64,000 nucleotides of DNA from an uncultured delta proteobacterium. GTDB taxonomy: Bacteria > Desulfobacterota > Desulfomonilia > UBA1062. How positions within the stretch are numbered: position 1 is the first letter of the stretch; each line of letters starts with the position of its first letter. The stretch is from the NCBI GenBank assembly GCA_963752595.1, contig CAVVYZ010000024.1:12341-76340 (forward strand). Reading direction: 5' to 3'. The position numbers and the translations under genes are program-made. The notes beneath the pieces are model-generated. The model had not been told where the DNA came from, made no database searches, and saw nothing but the letters and a program-made list of their open reading frames with translations. This document shows, one piece after another, positions 9,231-19,807 of the stretch.

Positions 9231-11336
9231 GTGGAGATCTGGCCTGGGAAACCTTTCCCCCTCGGCTCCGTATATGATGGGTTCGGCACCAACTTTTCCC
9301 TATTCTCAGAGATTGCTGAACGGGTGGAGCTCTGCCTCTTCGATGAATCGGGCGAAGAAACCAGGATTAGCCTTCCCGAGGTGACGGCCTACTGCCGGCA
9401 TGGCTACATCCCCGGAATCGGACCCGGCCAGTGCTATGGCTATCGTATCTACGGGCCTTGGGAACCTGCCGAAGGCAAACGGTGCAATCCGAACAAATTG
9501 CTCCTCGATCCGTATACCAAAGCAATCGGAGGACGGGTCGAGTGGAATCCGGCGGTGTTTCCCTACCGTTTCGGTGAGGACAATGACATCGCTGAAAACA
9601 CTGATAGTGCTCCCTTCATGCCCAAATCCATAGTAATCAATCCTTTCTTCGACTGGGGAGATGATCATCACCTCCGTTACCCCCTGAACGAGACGGTTAT
9701 CTACGAGGCGCATGTCAAGGGGCTCACGGCCGGACACCCTGACATCCCCGAAAGCATCCGCGGCACGTATGCCGGGTTGATCCAGCCCGTAATGCTTGAT
9801 TATTTCAGCTGCCTCGGGATCACCGCGCTGGAGATCATGCCCATCCACCAGTTCATCCATGACGAGCACCTCCTTAAAAAAGGATTTCGGAATTACTGGG
9901 GTTACAATTCCATCGGATATTTCGCGCCGCATAACGAATACTCCAGCACGGGCCAGTCAGGCCAGCAGGTGCAGGAGTTCAAGCAGATGGTCAAGATTCT
10001 CCATGATGCACATATCGAAGTGATCCTGGACGTCGTGTACAATCATACGGCTGAAGGCAACCATCTGGGGCCAATGCTGAGTTTCAAAGGGATCGACAAT
10101 CAGGCATACTACCGCCTGGAGCAGAAAGACAAACGATATTATACCGATTACACCGGAACGGGAAACAGCCTGAACATGGCGCATCCTCATGTGCTGCAGC
10201 TCATCATGGACTCTTTACGTTACTGGGTCCAGGAAATGCACATCGACGGCTTCCGGTTCGATCTCGCAGCCGCCCTTGCACGACAGCTGCACGATGTTGA
10301 CCGCCTTTCCGCATTTTTCGACCTTATCCAACAGGATCCTGTGGTGAGCCAGGCCAAGCTCATTGCTGAGCCCTGGGATGTCGGCATCGGCGGCTACCAG
10401 GTGGGAAATTTCCCGCCCCTGTGGTCGGAGTGGAACGGCAAATACCGTGACTGCATTCGAGACTTCTGGCGGGGCCAGGATCAGACCCTTGCCGAATTTG
10501 CATATCGCTTCACAGGGAGCTCGGATCTTTATGAAAATACGAGCCGCCGTCCTTTTGCGAGCATAAACTTCATAACTGCCCATGACGGATTTACCCTGAA
10601 CGACCTCGTTTCCTATAATGACAAGCACAACAAGGCCAACAGAGAGGAAAACCGTGACGGCGAGAGCTTCAACCGCTCGTGGAACTGCGGACAGGAAGGG
10701 CCGACCGGCGATGAGAAGATCCTGCGCTTGAGGGAAAATCAGAAACGAAACTTCCTTGCCACCCTTCTTCTTTCCCAGGGGGTCCCCATGATCCTGGGCG
10801 GGGATGAGTTGGGCCGGACTCAGCAGGGCAACAACAATGCCTATTGCCAGGACAACGAGATCTCCTGGTACGACTGGGGTAATGTGGATGAAGACCTGTT
10901 TGAGTTCTGCTCACGTCTCATCAGATTGCGGAGAGAGCATCCTGGCTTCAGGCGCAGAGGATGGTTCCAGGGAAGACCCATCCACGGAAGCAAGGTGGAT
11001 GATATTGAATGGTTTACTCCTGACGGCGTGGTCATGTCCGATGAACACTGGGAGGTTGGTTTTGCAAAATCGATAGGCATCTTCCTCAACGGGGACGGCA
11101 TCGCAAGCCTTGACGACCGGGGCAACCGCATAAAGGACGACAGCTTCTATCTGCTTATCAACGCACATTATGAGCCTCTCACCTTCACTCTTCCTGCACA
11201 GCAGTGGGGAAATTCCTGGGCCAAGGTATTCGATACCCGGGATGGCATTTTCCAGGAGGAAGGCCGTGCCTTTTATGCAGGAGATGAAATCGAAGTGGAT
11301 GCGCGGTCTCTCCTCGTACTCAAAAGGGGAACGTGA
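9231..11336 (+). CDS. glgX: Glycogen debranching enzyme (GH13)
   Basis: PGKPFPLG N-terminus, NYWGYNS, IDGFRFDLA, LIAEPWD, ITAHDGFTL, GNNNAYCQDN; AAGGAGG RBS with GTG start. Confidence 0.96.
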   Translation: MEIWPGKPFPLGSVYDGFGTNFSLFSEIAERVELCLFDESGEETRISLPEVTAYCRHGYIPGIGPGQCYGYRIYGPWEPAEGKRCNPNKLLLDPYTKAIGGRVEWNPAVFPYRFGEDNDIAENTDSAPFMPKSIVINPFFDWGDDHHLRYPLNETVIYEAHVKGLTAGHPDIPESIRGTYAGLIQPVMLDYFSCLGITALEIMPIHQFIHDEHLLKKGFRNYWGYNSIGYFAPHNEYSSTGQSGQQVQEFKQMVKILHDAHIEVILDVVYNHTAEGNHLGPMLSFKGIDNQAYYRLEQKDKRYYTDYTGTGNSLNMAHPHVLQLIMDSLRYWVQEMHIDGFRFDLAAALARQLHDVDRLSAFFDLIQQDPVVSQAKLIAEPWDVGIGGYQVGNFPPLWSEWNGKYRDCIRDFWRGQDQTLAEFAYRFTGSSDLYENTSRRPFASINFITAHDGFTLNDLVSYNDKHNKANREENRDGESFNRSWNCGQEGPTGDEKILRLRENQKRNFLATLLLSQGVPMILGGDELGRTQQGNNNAYCQDNEISWYDWGNVDEDLFEFCSRLIRLRREHPGFRRRGWFQGRPIHGSKVDDIEWFTPDGVVMSDEHWEVGFAKSIGIFLNGDGIASLDDRGNRIKDDSFYLLINAHYEPLTFTLPAQQWGNSWAKVFDTRDGIFQEEGRAFYAGDEIEVDARSLLVLKRGT

Positions 11337-11337
11337 A

Positions 11338-13995
11338 ATGCCGAACATCCCCATCGCGACCTACAGGGTCCAGCTGCAGCCGGAGTTCGGTTTTGAGTCT
11401 ACCACGCGGATCCTCGATTATCTTGCTGACCTCGGAGTGAGCCATCTCTATGCATCACCCTATCTCCAGGCAGCACAAGGGAGCACCCATGGGTATGATG
11501 TGGTGAATCACTGGAAAATAAATCATGAACTGGGAGGATTGGAAGGCCATACAGCACTCCGCAGAGCCCTTCAGAAGTACGGTATGGGCCAGGTATTGGA
11601 TATCGTGCCCAACCATATGGCCATATCGGGAAGCGAGAATGTGTGGTGGTGGGATGTCCTGGAAAACGGTCAATCCAGCCGGTACGCCTCGTATTTCGAT
11701 GTCGACTGGGATCCTGTAGAAACGAGGTTCGGCAACAAAATCCTTCTCCCCATCCTGGGGGACCATTTCGGAAGGATATTGGAAGCCGGAGAGATCCGCC
11801 TTGAACGAAAAGGTGGGAAATTCTTTCTCCACTACTACGACAACCTGTTTCCCGCATCACCGGGGTCCGTCGCCCCTTTTCTTGCCCGCGCAGGTGAAGA
11901 TATGGCATGCCATGAACTGGTCTTCCTGGCGGATGCCCTCAAGTCTCTCCCCCTGCCCTCGGTTACGGACCAGGCAAGTATCCGAAAGAGGCATCGCGAC
12001 AAGGAGGTCATCTATTCCCTGATGGAGCGGCTTCTGAATCATCATCTTGATGTGGCAAGGCTCGTGGATGCATTCATCAAAGAGATCAATGCCCATCCGG
12101 ACGACCTCGAGACCCTGCTCGATGCACAGAATTACCGCCTCGCTTTCTGGCGTACAGCAAACCAGGATTTGGGATACCGGCGCTTTTTCGATATCAACTC
12201 CCTGGTGGCGCTGAGAGCAGAAGATGAAGAGGTCTTCGAAGACAGCCACCGGCTTATCCTGAAATGGCTGAAGGAGGGTGTGTTAGACGGGGTCCGGATC
12301 GATCATCCCGATGGCCTGCGGGATCCCGCGACCTACCTTGGCAGGCTCCGCAGGGCAAGCCCGGGAACCTGGGTCGTGGTGGAAAAAATCCTCGATCCTG
12401 ATGAGCGCATGCGCCCGGATTGGCCTGTGGACGGGACAACGGGATATGAATTTATCAATCTCCTCACCCGGCTTTTCATCGACCATTCAAGTAAACAGAT
12501 CTTTTCGGATTTTTATGCAGAATTCACCGGCGAAACAAGGGAATACAAGGAAGTGCTCTGGGAGAAAAAGCTCCTGATTATCGATAAGATCTTCGGCAGT
12601 GACATAAACAGGCTCACAGCTCTCATGCTTACCATCTGCGAGCATCACCGCCGTTACCGGGACTATACCCGTCAGGAAGTCTCCCATGCCTTGCGAAAGA
12701 TCGTTGCATACTTCCCTGTCTATCGAACCTATATAAACGCACAGGCCGGCTGGATTTCCGATGAAGACCGAAGGATCATTCACCAGGTCATCGAGCATGC
12801 AAAACAGATGACGCCCGAAGTCGATCCCGACCTTTTCGATTTCATAAACGACATCCTCCTGCTCAAGGAAGTGGGTAAATCCGAATTCGAATTCGTCATG
12901 CGCCTCCAGCAGATCACCCCTCCGGTTATGGCGAAAGGGGCGGAAGATACCGCATTCTACTGCTACAACCGTTTCATTGCCCTCAATGAGGTGGGAGGAG
13001 ACCCCGGTTCGTTTGAACTTGACCCTGAACAGTTTCATTCACGCATGAAGGAACGTCTCGAAGACTATCCGCTTTCCATGCTCTCCTCCTCGACACACGA
13101 CACCAAGAGGAGTGAGGATGTGAGAGCCAGGCTGGTACTCCTCTCGGAGATACCCGGTGCATGGAAGGAAGCAGTCCAGAGATGGTCTTCCATGGCCCGG
13201 CCATATCGAAAAGATGACCTGCCGGACAGAAACATCGAATATTTTCTGTATCAGACCCTGGTCGGGGCATGGCCTATAGGGATCGATCGTCTTCTGCCCT
13301 ATATGGAGAAGGCTTCCCGGGAGGCCAAGACTCATACTTCCTGGACAGAACCGGATGCTTTGTATGAACAGACGCTTCGCGATTTCATCGTTAATCTCAT
13401 CAATGACCCTGTCTTTTCAGCAGACCTCGCGTCATTCATCGATCCTCTGATCATACCCGGACACATCAACTCCCTTTCCCAGACCATAATCAAGCTCACC
13501 TCTCCAGGTATCCCTGATATATACCAGGGGTGCGATCTGTGGGACAGAAGCCTGGTCGATCCCGATAACCGGAAGCCTGTTGACTTTAGCACCAGAAGAA
13601 CCCTCCTCGCCCGGCTTGAAGGGCCGAATCCAGGGCAGATACTGGGCCAGATGGAATCCGGACTGCCAAAGCTCTGGATTATCAGGGAGTGCCTGAAACT
13701 CCGCAGAAGCCTGCCCGAAGCCTTCGGAGAAAAAGGAACCTATGATCCGATTCAACCCCACGGCCGGAAGTCAGGATTCGCACTCGGTTTTATCCGTGGG
13801 GATCGTGTGGCTGTGATTGTTCCCCGTCTTGTGTTGAAGCGAGGAGAAGGATGGGAGGATACGTGGATCAGCCTGCCGGCAGGGACATGGAATCATGTAC
13901 TCATCGGGGAGGATTTCGCAGGGCGGGAGATCCCTATCGATGAACTTTTGAAGTCGTTCCCGGTTGCCCTTCTCGTAAAACGGGAGGGAGTATGA
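11338..13995 (+). CDS. treY: Malto-oligosyltrehalose synthase
   Basis: PIATYRVQ, GSTHGYDVV, DIVPNHMA, DGVRIDHPDG, VVEKIL, STHDTKRSEDVR, SLVDPDNR; start placed at MPNIP just after glgX. Confidence 0.96.
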   Translation: MPNIPIATYRVQLQPEFGFESTTRILDYLADLGVSHLYASPYLQAAQGSTHGYDVVNHWKINHELGGLEGHTALRRALQKYGMGQVLDIVPNHMAISGSENVWWWDVLENGQSSRYASYFDVDWDPVETRFGNKILLPILGDHFGRILEAGEIRLERKGGKFFLHYYDNLFPASPGSVAPFLARAGEDMACHELVFLADALKSLPLPSVTDQASIRKRHRDKEVIYSLMERLLNHHLDVARLVDAFIKEINAHPDDLETLLDAQNYRLAFWRTANQDLGYRRFFDINSLVALRAEDEEVFEDSHRLILKWLKEGVLDGVRIDHPDGLRDPATYLGRLRRASPGTWVVVEKILDPDERMRPDWPVDGTTGYEFINLLTRLFIDHSSKQIFSDFYAEFTGETREYKEVLWEKKLLIIDKIFGSDINRLTALMLTICEHHRRYRDYTRQEVSHALRKIVAYFPVYRTYINAQAGWISDEDRRIIHQVIEHAKQMTPEVDPDLFDFINDILLLKEVGKSEFEFVMRLQQITPPVMAKGAEDTAFYCYNRFIALNEVGGDPGSFELDPEQFHSRMKERLEDYPLSMLSSSTHDTKRSEDVRARLVLLSEIPGAWKEAVQRWSSMARPYRKDDLPDRNIEYFLYQTLVGAWPIGIDRLLPYMEKASREAKTHTSWTEPDALYEQTLRDFIVNLINDPVFSADLASFIDPLIIPGHINSLSQTIIKLTSPGIPDIYQGCDLWDRSLVDPDNRKPVDFSTRRTLLARLEGPNPGQILGQMESGLPKLWIIRECLKLRRSLPEAFGEKGTYDPIQPHGRKSGFALGFIRGDRVAVIVPRLVLKRGEGWEDTWISLPAGTWNHVLIGEDFAGREIPIDELLKSFPVALLVKREGV

Positions 13996-14042
13996 GTCTG
14001 GCGTTTCCGATGCAGTTTAACGTGTCCCAGCAGAGGTGATAT

Positions 14043-15794
14043 ATGGCATTAACCCGCCTATGGGCGCCATTTCCCCGCAATGTTCTCATGGTCGTAGGCG
14101 GCAAGCCTTCTCCCATGGTAAAAGAAGACCGGGGCTGGTGGACACTGGACAGCCCCTATATTGTCCATGGGACGGATTATGCCTTTGTGCTCGATGGGTC
14201 CGATCCGCTTCCCGATCCGCGCTCTCCCTGGCAGCCGTATGGTGTCCATGGATTTTCCAGGGTATTCGATCATTCTCTCTTCCCTTGGGCTGACACTCGC
14301 TGGCAGCCGCCCCCCCTATCCAGTGCCGTCATTTACGAGCTCCATGTGGGTACTTTCAGCCCCCAAGGGACCTTCAAAGGGATAATCGAGCTGCTTGACC
14401 ATCTCGTGGACCTGGGAATCACGCATGTAGAGCTCATGCCGGTGAACAGCTTCCCCGGGAAACGGGGTTGGGGATACGACGGGGTCGATCTCTATGCTCC
14501 CCATGAGCCGTACGGGGGTCCAGCGGGCCTCAAGAGCCTGGTGGATGCGTGCCATGCAAAGGGACTCGCCGTCATCCTCGATGTCGTTTATAACCATCTT
14601 GGGCCGGATGGAAATTATCTCGAACGGTTCGGACCGTACTTTACCGACCATTATGCTTCTCCCTGGGGCAAGGCAGTGAATTTCGACGGCCCGGGAAGCG
14701 ACGAGGTCAGGCGCTTTTTTATCGAAAATGCCCTCATGTGGCTGAAAGAATACCATTTCGACGGCCTGCGTCTCGATGCCGTCCATGCGATAATGGACAC
14801 CTCGGCGGTTCATTTCCTCGAGCAGCTCGCATCGGAAGTGGAGATGCTTGAGAGAATGATGGGAAAGCACCTTGTTCTTATTGCCGAGAGCAATCTCAAC
14901 AACCCCAGGATCGTCCAGCCCCGGGAAATCGGCGGCTACGGGATTCATGCCCAGTGGAACGATGATCTCCACCATGCATTGCATGCGGCCCTCACCGGCG
15001 AAAGAGACGGTTATTATATGGATTTCGGATCCATTGGAGACATTGCCAAAGCCCTTCAAGAAGTGTTCGTCTATAACGGCTGCTATTCACAGTTCCGGAG
15101 CCGCGTGCATGGGAGACCGGTTCAGGGGATGAACGGCGACAGATTCGTCGTCTATCTGCAAACCCATGATCAGGTGGGAAACAGGGCAAAGGGGGAAAGG
15201 GCGAGCGGGCTCCTGAACCCGTCTCTAATAATTGCAGTTTCAGCTCTCGTTTTCGCCTCTCCCTATATTCCTATGCTCTTCCAGGGTGAAGAATGGGCGG
15301 CATCATCACCCTTCCAGTACTTCACTGATCACGTGGATCAGGATCTGGGCAGGGCCGTGGTTATTGGACGGAAGGCTGAATTTGCCGCCTTCGGATGGAA
15401 TCAGGGAGATATCCCCGACCCCCAGGCAGATGAGACCTTCCAGTGCTCTCAGCTCAACTGGGATGAGCGTGAGCAGGAGCCGCATCGATCCGTCCTGGAA
15501 TGGTATCGGAGCATGATCCTCCTCAGGAGATCCTGCTTCGAGCTTATGGACGGCGATCTCCTGAACATCCAGGTGGAATACGATGAAGATCAGCGTTGGA
15601 TGTTGCTGGAAAGAGGGTCGGTTGCCGTAGCCTGCAATCTCTCTGCGCACACAAGGGATCTGGCACTATCAGACAGAAATGAACGGGAGATAATCCTCTC
15701 TTCTGCCGAAGGCATCACCCTTGAAGGGAACAGCCTTCGACTCCCCCCGGAAAGCACAGTAATAATTGCGGGCAAGAGCTCCAGGACACCTTGA
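14043..15794 (+). CDS. treZ: Malto-oligosyltrehalose trehalohydrolase
   Basis: PDPRSPWQPYGVHG, IYELHVGTF, WGYDGV, DGLRLDAVH, QTHDQVGNR, PMLFQGEEW. Confidence 0.96.
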   Translation: MALTRLWAPFPRNVLMVVGGKPSPMVKEDRGWWTLDSPYIVHGTDYAFVLDGSDPLPDPRSPWQPYGVHGFSRVFDHSLFPWADTRWQPPPLSSAVIYELHVGTFSPQGTFKGIIELLDHLVDLGITHVELMPVNSFPGKRGWGYDGVDLYAPHEPYGGPAGLKSLVDACHAKGLAVILDVVYNHLGPDGNYLERFGPYFTDHYASPWGKAVNFDGPGSDEVRRFFIENALMWLKEYHFDGLRLDAVHAIMDTSAVHFLEQLASEVEMLERMMGKHLVLIAESNLNNPRIVQPREIGGYGIHAQWNDDLHHALHAALTGERDGYYMDFGSIGDIAKALQEVFVYNGCYSQFRSRVHGRPVQGMNGDRFVVYLQTHDQVGNRAKGERASGLLNPSLIIAVSALVFASPYIPMLFQGEEWAASSPFQYFTDHVDQDLGRAVVIGRKAEFAAFGWNQGDIPDPQADETFQCSQLNWDEREQEPHRSVLEWYRSMILLRRSCFELMDGDLLNIQVEYDEDQRWMLLERGSVAVACNLSAHTRDLALSDRNEREIILSSAEGITLEGNSLRLPPESTVIIAGKSSRTP

Positions 15795-15875
15795 ACATAT
15801 TGATTACCCGACCAATAGTATTCTCAGGAAAGGACTTGGATAAATAACCGATTCTTAAGGCCGAGATATGCTTGC

Positions 15876-18020
15876 ATGAATACCAATAACGTTACCGACT
15901 CGATTTTCATAGAAGGAAGAAATTTCTGGAAAATGGGGAAAGCCCACCGGGTGTCTTTCCTCATTGATGCCTCGGAGTATTTTTCAGCTTTTATCGATGC
16001 CGCCTTGAAGGCGGAGCGCACGATATATATCACCGGCTGGGACATCGACAGCCGGACCAGGCTCGTCTGTGACGGGGGCATGCACGACTACCCCACCCTC
16101 CTCGGAGAATTTATCAACTATGTTGCTTCGCGGAAACCTGATCTTCATATATATATCCTGCTCTGGGATTATGCGATACTCTATGCTCTGGAGAGGGAAC
16201 CGTTTCCTATCTGGGTGCTGGATTGGAAAACCAACAACCGGATTCATTTTTTTCAGGATAACTTTCTTCCCATGGGAGCATCTCACCACCAGAAGATTGT
16301 GGTAATAGACGATCGCATTGCTTTTACCGGCGGGATCGACCTCACCAACAGGCGCTGGGACGTGAACGAGCATTTTGCCGATGATCCAAGGCGCACTGAT
16401 CCATGGGGAAAGGAATATCCTCCTTTCCATGATGTACAAATACTTGCCGATGGTCAGGTTGCCGGGATCCTTGGCGATCTCTTTCGCTCGCGATGGTTTT
16501 ATGCAACCGGCATACAGCTCACTCCACCTGAATCCAGTATATCCGATCCCTGGCCCCTGAAATGTCTCCCTGATATCACCCGGATTGATATAGCTGTATC
16601 AAGGACAGAGCCCGCATATCGCAACAAGACGGAAATCCGTGAAGTGGAGGCCCTCTGGCTGGATGCAATTGTATCCGCCAGGGAGCTCATCTATATAGAG
16701 AACCCTTTTTTTACCTCTTCAAAGATAGCAGGAGCCATTGCCAAGAGGCTCCAGGAAGAAAACGGCCCTGAAATCGTTGTCATAACGCGAAAGAAAAGTC
16801 ATGGCTGGCTTGAAGAATATACCATGGATGCCATCAGGGAACATCTGGTGGAGAGGGTGAGAAAACTGGACGCCTGGGGAAAGTTCGGATGCTATTATCC
16901 CACAATCCCGGGACGGGAAGAAGTCCTGATCGAGGTGCATTCAAAGGTCCTCATCGTTGACGACAGGTTTATACGCATCGGCTCCTCCAATCTGTCAAAC
17001 CGGTCCATGGGGCTTGACACGGAATGCGATGTGAGCATGGAAACCGCGGGCAACCCGCAGACTCAAAAAGCCTGTAACGAACTCAGGAACCGGCTCCTGG
17101 CGGAGCATCTCGACACGACATCCCGTGATGTAGGCCAGAGTCTGGACCAGACAGGATCGCTGATCAAAACAATCGAGACCATTCGCGGGGAAGAACGAAT
17201 CCTAAGCCCCCTCAATACAGCAACTCTGATGAACACTATCCTTTCAGAGCCATTCCTTGTCGATCCGGAGCGCCCGATCAGCGCTGAGAGATTCGTGGAA
17301 AAATTTATCGGCAAAGAATATCAGCACTCGGGGAGAAACCGCTTTATCGGGTTTGCAGCCATGGTGCTCATGCTCATACTCTTTGCAATGCTCTGGCGGT
17401 GGTCCCCATTGGCTGGCTACCTTGATGCAGCAAGGATTATCGAGGAGCTGCAGGCATTGCGGAACTATCATATGGCTCCGGTCATCATCCTTGCCATGTT
17501 TGTGGCAGGAGGACTGGTCGTATTCCCTGTACTGCTCCTGATCGTCGTCACATCAATCCTCTTCGACCCTCTGACAGCCTTCATCCTTGCAATGTCGGGC
17601 TCGCTCATGAGTGCAATGGTCGTATACTGGATAGGCCATGCGCTCGGCAGGGACTTTGTACGGAACTTTGCAGGGAAGAGGATAAATAAATTGAGCAAAA
17701 GCCTTGCCCGGCAAGGGCTTCTCACCATCGTAGTCCTGAGAGTGGTACCCATCGCACCTTATTCGATCGTCAACCTCCTGGCCGGTGCATCTCACATTGT
17801 TTTCCGGGATTTTATCATCGGGACTCTTATCGGGATGTTCCCGGGCATCTTCGGCATCACGGTGTTCACCGAATCGCTCAAGCACTTCATTCTTGAGCCC
17901 AATATCGTCAATATAGCCATCCTTGCCGGAACCTTGATCCTGGTGGTTGCAATACTTGTATGGCTTACAAAACTCACGAAAAAGGTATCGAGTAGATCCG
18001 CCGGAGAAAGAACCCCATGA
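15876..18020 (+). CDS. Phospholipase D-family protein fused to a VTT/DedA (SNARE-associated) membrane domain
   Basis: Two HKD motifs (HHQKIVVIDD, VHSKVLIVDD), then a hydrophobic C-terminal domain with LRVVPIAPYSIVN. Confidence 0.9.
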   Translation: MNTNNVTDSIFIEGRNFWKMGKAHRVSFLIDASEYFSAFIDAALKAERTIYITGWDIDSRTRLVCDGGMHDYPTLLGEFINYVASRKPDLHIYILLWDYAILYALEREPFPIWVLDWKTNNRIHFFQDNFLPMGASHHQKIVVIDDRIAFTGGIDLTNRRWDVNEHFADDPRRTDPWGKEYPPFHDVQILADGQVAGILGDLFRSRWFYATGIQLTPPESSISDPWPLKCLPDITRIDIAVSRTEPAYRNKTEIREVEALWLDAIVSARELIYIENPFFTSSKIAGAIAKRLQEENGPEIVVITRKKSHGWLEEYTMDAIREHLVERVRKLDAWGKFGCYYPTIPGREEVLIEVHSKVLIVDDRFIRIGSSNLSNRSMGLDTECDVSMETAGNPQTQKACNELRNRLLAEHLDTTSRDVGQSLDQTGSLIKTIETIRGEERILSPLNTATLMNTILSEPFLVDPERPISAERFVEKFIGKEYQHSGRNRFIGFAAMVLMLILFAMLWRWSPLAGYLDAARIIEELQALRNYHMAPVIILAMFVAGGLVVFPVLLLIVVTSILFDPLTAFILAMSGSLMSAMVVYWIGHALGRDFVRNFAGKRINKLSKSLARQGLLTIVVLRVVPIAPYSIVNLLAGASHIVFRDFIIGTLIGMFPGIFGITVFTESLKHFILEPNIVNIAILAGTLILVVAILVWLTKLTKKVSSRSAGERTP

Positions 18021-18739
18021 TTACGGGCGACCGGCAGAGAACCGTCTCAAGGAGGATTCGGGTTGCAACCTACAATGTACATGGATGGGTCGGGATTGAC
18101 AACCGACAGGTACCCTTGAGGGCGATCCGGGTTCTCAGCGAACTGGAAGCGGATATCATAGCCCTCCAGGAGGCTACCTTCTCCCTTGAACAGGGAGGAC
18201 ACCTCGATGAATCTTTTTTCACCAAACTGACCGGCATGAAAGTAGCGCTCGGCCCGACCTTTTTCAAGAAGCCCTTCCATTTCGGGAATGTCATTTTGAG
18301 TAGATTTCCCATTACGAAAATCAGGCACATAGATCTGAGCACCCATCCGTACGAACCGAGGGCAGCCATCGATGCGATCATCAGCGTGGAGGATCAGGAG
18401 ATAAGAGTACTGAACGCCCATTTCGGATTGCGGGGGATAGAACGGAAGTTTCAGTCAGGCATGCTCGTGAGGGCACTGTCTGCAAGGCCGAAGGACCGGG
18501 TGATTCTCATGGGTGATTTCAATGAATGGTCTCCCGGATGTGCTACTCTTAGGGATCTCTATGCGTTATTCACCAAAATAAAAAATCCCAAGAGCTTCCC
18601 GTCGTTCTTCCCCATATTCGCTCTTGACAGGATTCTTGTCTCCCCCGAGGAGTGCCTCGAAAAGCTCCAGACATTCAGCACCCCTGAAACCATCATGGCG
18701 TCCGATCACCTGCCGATAATCGGGATTGTGTCTATATGA
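18017..18739 (+). CDS. Endonuclease/exonuclease/phosphatase-family protein
   Basis: ATYNVH, DIIALQE, LMGDFNEW, LDRI, ASDHLP; ATGA overlap with the PLD gene. Confidence 0.92.
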   Translation: MITGDRQRTVSRRIRVATYNVHGWVGIDNRQVPLRAIRVLSELEADIIALQEATFSLEQGGHLDESFFTKLTGMKVALGPTFFKKPFHFGNVILSRFPITKIRHIDLSTHPYEPRAAIDAIISVEDQEIRVLNAHFGLRGIERKFQSGMLVRALSARPKDRVILMGDFNEWSPGCATLRDLYALFTKIKNPKSFPSFFPIFALDRILVSPEECLEKLQTFSTPETIMASDHLPIIGIVSI

Positions 18740-18903
18740 AATTGTAAACGTGCTGCATCAGTAAAGCAGCAGTTTCAAACGATCCAGAGGTTTGATTAAT
18801 ACTCAGAATGATAACATCATTGGAAAAGAACGGGTTAAATGATACGTCCTTCAGCGAACAACATTGTCTGAGAGCTGAAGAATATAGCTTCGCACTTTGA
18901 TTG

Positions 18904-19347
18904 TCAGCTCCCCGGCTTCGGAAAAGCCTTCCATCTTCCCATCTCAACAGACTGGTTATTCAGGTTAGCATCTATCCGGAAATAATATGCAGTGGTTTTA
19001 GTTGCACTACTTCCGGAACCCACAGGAGGAGCCCCGGTCTTAACGAGGGTCATGCCGACGTCTGCACCATCCAATGAGCTGCCGGCCGGCATTTTGTCGG
19101 AAACATCAACACGCGTATCAATATCCCATGTTTGTGCGCTGACGATATCGTCAAACTGCGGAAGAATGAATTCCGCTGCGCTCTCCACATTATAAAAACC
19201 CTGATTGTAGAGCCTCTCATTCGCAACGATTTTGGTTTCGATAATCGTCGATTTCATAAGGACCATCCCGATCATTATCGCAGATAGCATGAACAAAAGA
19301 ACCATGATGAGCACCGTCCCTCTCTTATCGTCCCATATCATATTCAT
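18904..19347 (-). CDS. pilX: PilX-like minor pilin
   Basis: Class III signal KRG|TVLIMVL lacking Glu5, plus IVANERLYNQGFYNVES typical of the PilX N-terminal domain. Confidence 0.75.
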   Translation of the reverse strand: MNMIWDDKRGTVLIMVLLFMLSAIMIGMVLMKSTIIETKIVANERLYNQGFYNVESAAEFILPQFDDIVSAQTWDIDTRVDVSDKMPAGSSLDGADVGMTLVKTGAPPVGSGSSATKTTAYYFRIDANLNNQSVEMGRWKAFPKPGS

Positions 19348-19389
19348 AGTGTTCCTCCATCGGGATACCCGATGTCGATTCCTCCGTTT

Positions 19390-19788
19390 TTAACTCGATT
19401 TGAACATACTCATTGTAACAGTATGAGGGATAAGCTTTTCGTTCCATTTAACCGTGACATCGATTTGCCGTGCATTCTCGGATGCGCCGAGGGGAGTATC
19501 GCTCACGACCCAGGATAGTTCATATTCAATCCCCTGCCGTGTAATCTTAATAGGTGTGACGACATGATCGACATCAAGATCGTCATTCGGGAAAGATAAT
19601 CCCCTGAAATACTCCGTCTGGCTGTCAATAATATTGACGGCATTTGTCATCTGCATGCCGAAGCTGTTGCCCATGACCGCCTGCTGCTGCATCTTCGTCA
19701 CGCCAAGGAAACCCAGCGAGAATATAAGAATTGAAACTACCAGCTCAACAAGAGAAAATCCTCTTTTATCCCCGATCACACTTTTCAT
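19390..19788 (-). CDS. pilV: PilV-like minor pilin
   Basis: Prepilin cleavage/methylation motif KRG|FSLVELVVSILIFSLGFLG; short C-terminal VTVKW. Confidence 0.8.
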   Translation of the reverse strand: MKSVIGDKRGFSLVELVVSILIFSLGFLGVTKMQQQAVMGNSFGMQMTNAVNIIDSQTEYFRGLSFPNDDLDVDHVVTPIKITRQGIEYELSWVVSDTPLGASENARQIDVTVKWNEKLIPHTVTMSMFKSS

Positions 19789-19807
19789 ATTCTCTTCTCC
19801 ATGCTGA

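Noticed and set aside
11170-11337. N-terminal extension of treY in the ORF track
   Set aside because: Overlaps the glgX 3' end; the family-typical start PIATYRVQ follows the ATG at 11338.
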